Assembly (NCBI GenBank): GCA_028534125.1
Contig: CM052839.1
Location: 45,198,001 to 45,262,000 of the forward strand
Source of the DNA: Lama glama
Taxonomy: Eukaryota
Direction of reading: 5' to 3'
Length of the DNA: 64,000 bases
How positions within the stretch are numbered: position 1 is the stretch's first letter; the number at the start of each line of letters is the position of its first letter. The position numbers were made by a program, and so were the translations under genes. Below, in pieces: positions 11,601-21,400 of the stretch. The notes under the pieces were generated by a model. It was not told the DNA's origin. It saw only the letters and a program-made list of their open reading frames with translations, and ran no database searches.

Positions 11601-14600
11601 AAGGGAAGAACAAGCCAGAGCTCGGACCTGTGCAAAAAGAGCCTTCTGCGTCGGCGTTCCAGTTCTGCTGAGACCTCAAACCCAGGGACTCTACGCGCAG
11701 TGGAAGGACGTAGACACAAAACCACAGCTGTGTGACGACGTAAAGCGCTGAAAATAGTTTCCTTTCCTCTTTTTTTTTTTAATCTGAATTGTGCCCTGTA
11801 CTGCAGTTGTTTGAATAAAAGTTTTATTTATTGCATCGAGTTGAGTGTGGTGCCTCTTTTCAGCCCCGACGCGTGTACCGGCCACAGAATAACCGAGGTG
11901 CAGCCAGTGCCAGCCCGTGCGGCTCTCCCTGGGGGCCGCCTGGGGACCCCTGCCCTGGGTGGGAGCCACAAGGGCTGGTCTGGGGACGCCCTGCCTGAGC
12001 AGCCCTGCTCCTTGCTACCACCTCCCTGCAGACGCCCTCCAGAGGGCTGGAGAGCCAGCTCCGCCCTGCAGCCGGTGTCTCCTGCCCCCACCCTCCGTCC
12101 GGCCTGGCCCTGCGAGTCCTCAGACCTCACTCCCACCCACTCCGCTCACACCAACCAAGCCTTGTGTTTCCTTGCAGTGCCGATGTGGAAGTGGCCAGAT
12201 TTTGAGCCGCCCCTACTAGAGTTAGTAAGTTGTCGTGGCTTCTTGTGCCGGTCGGTCTGTGTTCCCAGCAGCTCCAGAGGCCCCTGACCTCGGCCGGGGT
12301 GGGGCCTGCGGGGCTGCTGAGCCCGCCTCTGCTCTGGCCCCCAGCCTGCGCTTGCCTTGGGTCTCTCCTTGGGCTTCCCTCCTTCTGGAAGCGTGCAGAC
12401 CTGGCCTGGCCCCGTCTGGGTTCCCTCCTGCCTCCGCGGGGTGCTTCGGCCACAATCAGGGTGAAGCCTGGTGATCAGCTGCAAAGCCGGCTTTGGGCTC
12501 CTTTGGCCTAGTGCCCCTCAGACCGGGCTCCTCGGGCGTGGGTCTGAGCCTGGCCTGGCCGGCTCCCAGGTTGGTGAGTATCAGAGCTCCTTGGGGGCCG
12601 GGGAGACAAGGGAGCGGCTGGGGACAGCGCCATGGCTTGTGCCCAGGTGAGAGCCACAGGCAGGTCTGAGCAGGCGCCCACAGCTGCCCTGCAGGGGACG
12701 GGTGGATGCGGCAGCTCTGTCCGGCCCGTTTTGCCTCCACCCCAGCGTGGCTCCAAAGGGCTGCGTTAGACTCTCCAGGCTAGTCTCAGCCCCCACCTGC
12801 TGAGGGGCCCTTCCCCGCCCTCCCTGGGAAGCAAGCGCCGATGGCTGGCGGGAGTGGGGGCCCCTGGCTCTGGGTCAGGTGGCACTGCCGCCCCTCCGCC
12901 CTGCCCCAGCCCTGAACACGGAGAAGTCTGGCAGGCGGCCCTTCACGGAGGCGGTGGTCCCTCCCCCTCCCGGGGGCGCCGCGCGGTGCCGTCCTCTCTG
13001 CAGGCGGCCGGGCCCCTTCAGCAGATACTGGACCCTCGCCCTCCTGCTGCGGCCTTTTTCTTGAGCTGCGGTATGAGTGCTGGAGAATTCTGGAGATAAG
13101 TTTTCCTGAACCTGGGGGACAGAGTGGAAATGACTTGGACCCTAGCCCAGTAGTGGGTGTCCTAGGCCAGCCTCCTCCCTTGCCCCTGTCCCTCTTCTGA
13201 GATGCTCCGAGGGGCCTGCATCTCCCGCCCCCCCGTCCCTCCTTGCTGCAGGGGCCCGGCTGTCACCCCCTGGGGGTACTGGAAGGGGGAAGGCTCAGGA
13301 AGGCTGGTCCAGTATCTGCCTAGAGCCCCACTCCTGGGTGCAGGGCAGAGCCCCGGAGGGCACGGTGGGTGGGGCTGCGCTCAGCACGTGGGGCTGCCTG
13401 CCCTGATGCCTGTACCGGGGACAGGCACATCGGAAGTCACTCCGCTTGGTTGAGGCGCCCTGCTCGGCTGTGGCTGAGCGTGCAGCCCTGGGACGGGGGT
13501 GGAGACAAGAACGACTTACGTTCAGAAGGGCCGACGTCCGGAAGCCGTGGAAGACACGTTTTGAGAGGAAACCATCTGAGACAAGGTCGAAGTCCACGTG
13601 TAACTACTTGTCACTCCTCCGCTCGGAGTCACCGCAGGACCTGAGCTGCGCCTTGGCTGCTCTCAGAACCGCCCCGTTTCTCACTCAAGTAGTGGATCCA
13701 GAAGAGAACCCTAGGTGATCGCCCTAGTGGTAGACCCCCAGTGAGCCTGAGCCTGGACCTGAACCTGCGGGAGTCTGCGGAGGATCGGGCCGTGGGGAGA
13801 GCCCTTCCCGGCGAGGGGTCCAGCTCGTGCCTGCCTTTGCCACGCCAGAGACTCCAGGCCGGCCCCCACCTCAGGAGCAAATGCATCCTGTGCAAAAGTG
13901 ACTGTCACCCCCGCATCGCTGCTCAGAGTGTCTCAACAGCCGGGGACAGAGCCCACTCCCCGTGTTCCTCTGCCGGAGTGCCCGGTGACCCCCAGGGCAG
14001 GAGCCCCGACCTCCTGACAGCCTCGCACACTCGGACGTCCTCCTTTGGCTTTCTTTGGGCACAAGATCTCGTCCTGTGTCTGGTGGTTCACTGTGGATCA
14101 CCCCCTGACTGTTTTGGGAGGAAGACGTGGCCCCAGCGTCCATCGCCCGGCAGTGACAGCTGCAGGATGGGAGGGTCTGCAGTGGCCTCAGGTCCAAGTC
14201 TTGTCCTGTGCTGTCATCCCAGAGTTGACCCCGGCCCCCAGCCTGGGGCCAAGGCAGGCACCCTCCTCAGGGTAGCTCATGAGCCTGGTCTTTGACAGAA
14301 TGTTCCAGATGGTGGTGGGCACCCAAGGGGGCTTGCCCTCTGTGTGGTGCTGAGGGTGGGAGTGTCCCACCCAGGGGTCTCTGGTGGCAGTTACTCCAGA
14401 TCCTGGGGTATTCGCAGCCTGCTTCCTCAGAGCCCAGTGTGGATGGCATGTGCTGCTTTGGTCACTGTTTTGGGGGAGGAGATAAGTGTGGGTCAGAGGC
14501 CAGTCACTTCAGGGAGATTGGACCTCAAGTGACAACGTGGGTTTGCCCCCAGACCTTTCTGGTGAGAAAGAGGGCACGTCAGGACACTCGGCCACATTCT

Positions 14601-16218
14601 GCCCCCAGCTCCTGCTAACACAGGCACCGTCCTCCGTTCCCTGGGTCCCTTCCTCGGCTGGTTCCCAACTCTGGATGGACAAGCCTGCCCCCATTTCTAG
14701 TCCCCCAAGGCCTCCTACCATGACCCTGCCTGGGGACAACCAAGGGCCTGGAGCCCTCCTCTGGAACCAGAGCCCAGTCAAGAGGGCAGCTGGGGCAGGG
14801 CTGCCCTCCACGCCGTCCTGGGCCAGACGTCACTGGTCACGGTGTATCCTCGGCTTCAGAGCCTGCAGGCAGCTGTCCACGGTCAGTGGAGCCGAAGCAC
14901 ATCTGCACGGCCGGAGCCAGGCCCTGAGGGAGGGAGCCCCAGGCTGGAAGGGCCTGCACACCAGGATGGAGGGGCCCTGAGCCGGGGGCGGGAGCCGACG
15001 TGGTCCGTGCTGCCGGACCTTCAGGCATCGTCTTGGAGACACAGAAGCTGCATGCTGGGGTTAGTCTTCTCTCGCTAGTTTATCCTTTTAAAGACAGTCC
15101 CAAAGTGCCTCAGTTTTCCAGAAAACACTAAGTTCTCAGGCAAACTCGGGGTGCCCACTCCACGTGCTCTCTTCTGGGGCCCCTGGATGGAGCGCCCGCC
15201 CTCCCAGTTCCCTGGACGCCCAGCCACGCCGGAGGCTGCAGGTAATGGCTCCGGAGCCCACTGCTGCGCCGGGAACACGGCCCCGTCTGTGCCGAGCCTT
15301 CCGTGTCCCACGTGCCATCTGTGCTGTCATCTTGGGACTGCCCGATGTCCCCCAGCCTGCTGTCCTGTGCGGTCCCCTTGGGCAGGTCCTCTGCGCCCAC
15401 CGGGGAAGCCGAGGAGGGACTTCCCTGAGCAGCAGGCCGGGTGCCGGCCCCACCCTGTGCTCATCCAGTCCATCTAAACCTCTTGTCTGGCACGTCCATC
15501 TGTCCGTCAGCTGCAGCCTTGGCACTGGGGCGGGTGTGGCTCCCCTCGAAGGAGGCAGTGGGCCCTCTGCAGGGACCTGCGGGCAGCCGCCCCGCCAGCC
15601 CCGTCACTGCCCGTGTGCCTGTGTGTCGTCTGTGTTGTGTGGGCGTGGGGCAGGCCGAGGCTCCCGCCACCTTCCAGGCCAGGGCTGCATGGGCTGCCTG
15701 CTGTGGTCTGCTGCACTGTGTCCGTGTACCTGTGTGTCGACAGCTGCGTCCTTGCAGTCGGCTCAGCTGCTGTTCTCGGGCAAACGGTGGGGGGACGCTG
15801 GGCCTTGTGGGGCGGTGCACGAAGCTCGGGGGCTGCCCCAGTCTCGGGGGAAGGACCAGCCCCTGGGGCAGGTGGGGAGGGTGCAGCGGGCTGCCCCCCA
15901 CGCCCACCCACCCTGCCCTGGGAGGGTGGGCAGTTCGAGGTGGGGTGCATGTAGAGGGAGTGGAGGGTGTGCACTGAGGGCCAGCTGGCCTTGCCGATGG
16001 CTCCCCTTCCTGGCTCTCTCGCAGCCTCCGCTGCCCACCGGCTCTAAGCTCAGAAGCTGGCCATTGGGTCCAGGCGGTTGCTGCCCACAGGGCGTAGGGC
16101 AGTACTCCCAGCATCCCTCTCTGACACGCTCTCCTCTTCTCTCCGCAGGAACCCCTTTGCCAGCGTCCAGCTGAAGCCGACGGTGACCAATGACAGGTCT
16201 GCTCCCCTCCTCAGCTGA
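2520..16218 (+). CDS. BAIAP2: BAIAP2 / IRSp53, 3' part of a multi-exon gene (approx. exons 7-13 plus alternative last exons); 5' exons lie upstream of the window
   Basis: Exons 2520-2672, 5021-5245, 5359-5560, 6140-6341, 7294-7362, 7796-7958, 9737-9771 have AG/GT boundaries with compatible phases. They encode the end of the I-BAR/IMD domain, partial CRIB (ISDPIPGAKPLPVPP), SH3 and PPPDY motifs. Confidence 0.98.
5021..5245 (+). CDS. BAIAP2: BAIAP2 exon, end of IMD and CRIB/proline-rich region
   Basis: cttcag|GGCAAG...GTGGGG|gtaagt; GKELLAQKLPLWQQACADP...PPELAPFVG (225 nt). Confidence 0.97.
5359..5560 (+). CDS. BAIAP2: BAIAP2 exon, linker with SYSNTLP motif
   Basis: caacag|CGGCTG...GCCGCCA|gtaaga; RLSAQDNAPVMNG...SYSNTLPVRKSVAPKSSYAA (202 nt). 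Confidence 0.96.
6140..6341 (+). CDS. BAIAP2: BAIAP2 exon, SH3 domain part 1
   Basis: cggcag|CGGAGAAC...AAGAT|gtgagt; ENKTLPRSSSMAAGLERNGRMRVKAIFSHAAGDNSTLLSFKEGDLITLLVPEARDGWHYGESEKTK (202 nt). Confidence 0.97.
7294..7362 (+). CDS. BAIAP2: BAIAP2 exon, SH3 domain part 2
   Basis: ttccag|GCGGGGC...ATGAG|gtgagc; RGWFPFSYTRVLDSDGGDRLHM (69 nt). Confidence 0.97.
7796..7958 (+). CDS. BAIAP2: BAIAP2 exon with WW-binding PPPDY motif
   Basis: ccgcag|CCTGCAG...GCCCAG|gtgagc; LQQGKSSSTGNLLDKEDLAIPPPDYG...QRPYSVAVPAFAQ (163 nt). Confidence 0.97.
9737..9771 (+). CDS. BAIAP2: BAIAP2 last common coding exon (35 nt, ends in phase 2)
   Basis: ccacag|GGCCTGGATGAC...AGCAG|gtaagg; GLDDYGARAVS. Confidence 0.95.
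10458..10488 (+). CDS. BAIAP2: BAIAP2 alternative last exon, S-type isoform (SGSGTLVSTV*, class I PDZ-binding end)
   Basis: ccgcag|CGGCAGCGGCACACTGGTGTCCACAGTGTGA; phase matches the 35-nt exon. Confidence 0.93.
11814..11819 (+). terminator. Polyadenylation signal for the BAIAP2 S-type 3' UTR
   Basis: AATAAA with a U-rich tract and TGTA upstream and a T/GT-rich tract downstream, about 1.3 kb after the STV stop. Confidence 0.75.
12178..12205 (+). CDS. BAIAP2: BAIAP2 alternative exon, T-type isoform (SADVEVARF*); whole cassette 12178-12224
   Basis: ttgcag|TGCCGATGTGGAAGTGGCCAGATTTTGA, then donor GTTA|gtaagt at 12225. Confidence 0.92.
16149..16218 (+). CDS. BAIAP2: BAIAP2 alternative last exon, M/IRS-58-type isoform (RNPFASVQLKPTVTNDRSAPLLS*, WH2-like)
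   Basis: ccgcag|GAACCCCTTTGCC...CTCAGCTGA; phase matches the 35-nt exon. Confidence 0.94.
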
Positions 16219-17590
16219 CGGCCACCTCTGCACCCCGCTGCCTATGGGGCCCCTCCTTCCCCGCCCTGGCCTGGAAATCTGCAAGGCCCTCCTCCTCCCA
16301 CCTCACCTCAGTCTGGCCCGGGCTGGGCCCCGGCTGTCCCTCCAGGGTCAGGAGGTGGCACCTGGCCATGGCAGAGGAGAGTGAGGATGGCCAGTCCCCA
16401 GAGCCAGCCCCCGGGGTGCAGGAAGGCCACCCCGTCAGCTCGTAGCCATGAGGGGCACCCCTGCCTGGTTAGCAAAGAGGCTGCCCACCTGTGTTAGCCT
16501 GCCGGCGGGATGGGGGCAGGAGGAGAGCCTGCCACCGTTTGGAAGATGGATTTACTGTGAGCACAACTTTTCTGGCAGACCCTCGCTCCGGGCTCTGCTG
16601 GGCCTCCCTACGCCTGCTGGCAGTTTTAGGGGGCCTCCATCCAGCTTCTCCCTGCCCAGGCCTAACACCCATCCAGAGCTGGCTGAGGGCCCCCAGCGCC
16701 CCTCCCTGGCCCCACGGTGGGTGGGTGGTGCTATGGCCTTGTTTGTCCCCAAGCTGTGTGCCATTGGGGGGGTTCTGCTCCAGGATTCCTGGGTGGGCCC
16801 CCCCCTCCCTGCCCTAGCTGCTTCTATATTTCAGTTGAAATACAAGATTTTGGAACTTCATTGGATCCATGCTATTTAACATTTGTGGCTGTGATACAGC
16901 CCTGGTGACCACGCTGGTGACGACATTCCTTACCTAGGGAGAAGGTCCAGGCAGCGTGTGCCTGCTTCTCCCAGGTCCTCCAGGGAGGGGCACTGGAGCC
17001 CTGAGCCACCTGCAGCCCACACCCCAGGACACGAAGCAGAGGGGGTGGGGGCCCAGGTGAGCAGAGGTCTCTCACTTTGCAGAAGATGGAGACAGGCCAG
17101 GTAGGGGTGCCTAGAAGCCCCAACTCCTTAAAACTCTCCTTCCTGGCTCACCCTGCTGCGGGCTAGGGAAAGCCCTGGAAAGGTGGAGGCGTGAGCTCCC
17201 GAGAGAGGCCTGTGGGGTGGGCCCCCCTCCTTACCTAGGCAGGGCCACCTTCCAGACACGAAGAGAGGGCTGCAGGGGCCGGACCCCACCCTTGTTCTGG
17301 GAGGACCTCCAGCTCAGGTACATCTGGGGCCTAGGCCACCGCTTCCCTCCACTGGGGGGCTCCCTCCTGTACCCCGACCCCGGCTCGGCCCATGCCCCCT
17401 CCTGCCCAGGGCTGTAGCTGCAGACTCCAAAAGAAAAACGCTTGGCATGAAGGCTTTTTTTCCCCTTAGCTTTGATTTCTCTTAAAAAACAAACAAAAAA
17501 GGAACAAGACAATCACACCAGCATCCTAAGCCTCAAACTAGTAAGACAGCACAGACCCCGGACGTCCCCACCCACACACCCCCGAGCAAC

Positions 17591-17596
17591 AATAAA
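17591..17596 (+). terminator. Probable distal polyadenylation signal of BAIAP2
   Basis: First + strand AATAAA I can find after the 16149 exon; lies in an AT-rich island. Confidence 0.65.
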
Positions 17597-18413
17597 CTTT
17601 GTCTCTTTGGCAACAATAACTTAAAAGCATCTCATTTCCATTCGCTCCACAGCGGTTACAAAAATACTCCCTGGGCTGCCCTGCCCCACCCTCCCTCCCA
17701 GCACCCCTTCCCACAGGAACCCCCGACACTGACCAGGGGGTGAACCACCCACTTTCCTTTGGCAGCTGGGCGAGGCTGGGCAGAGCTCTGCAGAGGGGAG
17801 CTGCGCACACTAGCCAGCCTCGGGCACCAATAGACCAGGGCCACAGCGGCAGGACTGGGGCCAGGAAGACCCCCAGCTTGGCCCACTCACAGAGCCTAGG
17901 CAGGAGCGGCCCCGGACCCGGTGGGGAGGGAGCTTACGGGTCTAGCTGATCCAGTGAAGGAGAGAGCTGCAGGCTTGGAGCCGGGGCACCAGAGCCCGGG
18001 GTCCTTTTCTTGCACTGAGGAACCCTGAACCGGCAGATGGGGTGAGGACACAGTGGCCTGCAGTGCACTGCAGGACCCCGGTGGGCAGGGCGTGCGAGGT
18101 CCCCTGACAGCGGGGGGCAAGGGGGAGCGGCCTGGGGCTGCAGAGCATCCCAGGAACTAGCAGCAAACCGAGTGTCCAGAACAGATCCTGCCCGCAGAGA
18201 AGCGCGGGGCTGGCGGGCACAGCTGCTCCACCATCCAGGGCCAGAGCGGGGGCCTCTCCTGCGCTGCGCCTCCAGGGGCTGCGAGGACCAGCGAAGCCCT
18301 GGAAGCTGCTGCTGACTGCTGCCAGAATCGAGGTCCCACCACTCGTGGTCACCATCCTCGCTGCTGCCGGGAGAAGGACCAGCAGGGGCTCCAACGGGGG
18401 GGCCACCTGGGCC

Positions 18414-18454
18414 TCAAGCCTCTTGACAGCTGCCCCCAGCCCCTGCTGCATGGC
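18414..18454 (-). CDS. AATK: AATK last coding exon (exon 14)
   Basis: Minus strand tgccag|GCCATGCAGCA...GAGGCTTGA; [13 protein letters not shown]. Confidence 0.88.
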
Positions 18455-21400
18455 CTGGCAAACAGAAGGTACCCCATGAGTGTGGGGGGAGACGCGGGAT
18501 AGCCAGCGTCCCCTCCTCCCAGGGCCCCCCTTCCCCCAACCTCAGTCCCCGCCTGGGCTGCAGCAGGTCTGCCTGCCTGCCTGTCGAAGGACTGTTACTC
18601 TGCCCACCAGGGCCCAGGCCCGGCAAGGCTCAGCACCCGCCCTGAGTTCTTACAGGTGGGGAAACAGACCCACACAGGGCTGGGCTGGCCAGGGTCACAC
18701 ACCCACCTTCTGATGCCGTTTCTCTGTTCAGACATCTATTAAGGGCACACAGTGTGACAGGGACAAGCCTTCACTGGAGGCTGCAGTCACAGGCCAAGGG
18801 CAGCAGGGGAGGGGAGGGGAGGGGCTGGGTCTGCCTGGGGAAAAGATGGCCAGGAGCATCTCAGGAAAACCTAGTAGAATGAGGGAGAGGGGCAACTGGG
18901 TAGGAAAGAGCCCACCTGGTCTGAGGCTAACAGGAGTGGAGCTTGGAGGGAGAGTAAGCTAAGGCCCCTGAGTAGGGCCCCACCTGGGCACCTGAGCCAC
19001 TACCACCACCAGCTCTTGTGGGCAAGGGCCATCAGATCTGAGATGTGCTGGGGAGGGCGGAGTGGACGCGGCAGACTCGTGGGCACTGGGAAAGTTCTTG
19101 TGGGAGAGGCTGCCACAGGTCTGGGGGCTATCAGAGAGCAGGGCACTCAGTGGACTGGGGCCTTTGGAGGAGGTAGAGGAGAGCCAGGCAGCATTCAGCC
19201 TAGGTCCCGGCGTGCTGGGCCAGCTGTGCGCAGGGCACTGCATCTCCCCAGGGAGGCGAGGCCATGCACCAAGGTGGCCAGAGCAAGCAGGCCTAGTGGG
19301 GGGCCAAGCGCTCCTGTTTCCCCATCTGAAACCTGAGTTTGTCCAGAAGGCCGGAAATAACGCAGGGCCTCACGACCTGCAGGTGCCCCTCTAGGCCACC
19401 CTCGCCACTGTCCCAACGCAGTACCCCCTGCCAGCCCCGCCGTGGCCTCACCTCCCAAGGAGTCGGCATCCGAGTCGGAAACGTGCGTGATGGAGAAGCG
19501 AGAGGCGGGCGCGGGCGAGACGGCGAAGCGGGAGAAAGGGCCCGGCGTGGCCGGCTTGGGGGACGCGGCAGGCGGGGCGGACTCCATGGCCGGCGACGGC
19601 GGGAGGCTGGAGTCCCACTCGAACCCTCTGCCTGTAAGGAGCCCACTGTCACCGGCAACCGCGGAGCTCGTGGGGGAGGCCCCGCCCGACGCATGACACC
19701 ACCGCAGGCCCCGCCCCTCGCCCCGCCTCCAGCACACATCGGACACACCCCCACCCGTGTTGCCCCGCCCCCTGCCACATCGTCCCGCCCCCAGCTCACC
19801 CTCTTCCGCCACGGACCCGTCTGGGGAGCGGTCATCCAGGCGCGGTTGGCTGGGGGCGCTCGGGGATCCCGGGCTGCCAGCCAGGAACGCGGGGGGCGAC
19901 TCCTTGGCCCCGGGGAAGGGGTCCCCGAGCTCCCGGGTGGGACTTTCCTGGAGGATCAGAGCAGCACGTGTCTCCCACCGCTTCCGTCCTGCCAAGGACC
20001 CTCATCCCCCGCGTAGAGCCCGCGGCGGCCGCCCACCTGGTCGAAGAGGTAGACCGTGACGTCGTCGAAAAAGGACACGGCTTTTTTCTTGCGCTCCAGG
20101 TCCTCGCAGAAGGCCTCGGACAGCAGGCTGGGCATCTTGAGCAGGCTGCGCAGGTTGCGAGCGCTCTGGCTCTCCGCCACCACCACGGGGACCGGCGGCG
20201 CCTCCTCCTCGCTGTCCTCACTTGGCTCCTGGATGCTGTAGCAGCGAAGCTCCTCGTCCGACTCGTCGCTGTCCTCGCTGTCCTCCTCCTCCTCCTCCCG
20301 CCGGCCCCCCGGAGCTGCAGGGAATCCCGGCAAGGCCAAGCAGAGTGGGGTTCGGGGGACACCTGGGCCCCCTGTCCTTTCCTGCAGGCCCGACCCGGAC
20401 AGCAGTCCCGGGGCTTCCTGGAGCTCAGGGCAGTGGCCTTCTGAGTTTGCTGGGACTGGGGTCAGCAGGAAAATCTTAGACTGCCCAGGGCTGGACACAG
20501 GCAGCACCTGGGCTGGGTCTTGGGGCCAAGGAGGCTCTAGCCGGGGGCCTGCAGGGCAGGCGCTTGGCTCCAGAGAAGAGGCCTTGGGCAATGGCAGTGG
20601 CGGCACCTCCTCGGGGCCCGCGCCCTGCGCCTCCCTGGACACCTCAGGCTCAGGGGAGGGCTGTGCAGACTGCGGCCTGGGGCCCTGCGGGCTCTCCAGG
20701 CTGGGCTCTGGCCCTGGGGCTGGGACACCCCCTCGCTTCTCCGCGGGGCCCAAGGGGGGCTCTGGCTCCGCGTCCAAGTCTGAGAAGTAGGCAGAGTCGC
20801 GGTAGGGACTCTTCTCGCTGAGGCCACCCAAAGATGCGGGGAGCTGAGTCTCGGGCCCGGGGCTCTCGCCTTCTGAGGCCAGCTCCCCAAAGGCCTCTGG
20901 CTCACAGGGCTCATGCGCCTCCTTGAGTACAAACTCCGGGGACTCGTAGTTCTCCGTGTCGTAGCCACTGTCTGGGGCTCGGGGCTGCCCTCCAGGGGTG
21001 CCCACAGCTGATGGGCTGAAGACCTCACCGCCACCATCGCTGGCTGAGGACGGGATGTCCGGGGAGTCCAGGGAGTCGGGGGTCCCCACCTGCTTCTGCA
21101 GAAAGCAGAAGGCTGGTGTCACGTCCGGCTTCCCAGCCTGTGGGCCGTCGCTGGACAAGTCGGTGAAGACACCGGAAGTGGCCTGAGCCGTGTCCTCCTC
21201 TTCACTGCCTGGCGCTTCCAGCTCAGGGGAGCTGCTGTCGCTGTCTAGGGTCCGGGCTGGCTCAGTGGCAGGTGCCTGGCTGCTGCTGGGGGTGGGCGAG
21301 GCAGGCAGGGTGGGCGGGGCACTGGCCTCCTCGGCGGGAAGTGGCGCTCCCTCTTGAGATGGGGACGGGATGGAGGGAAGGGGCAGCTGGAGTCCAGCAG

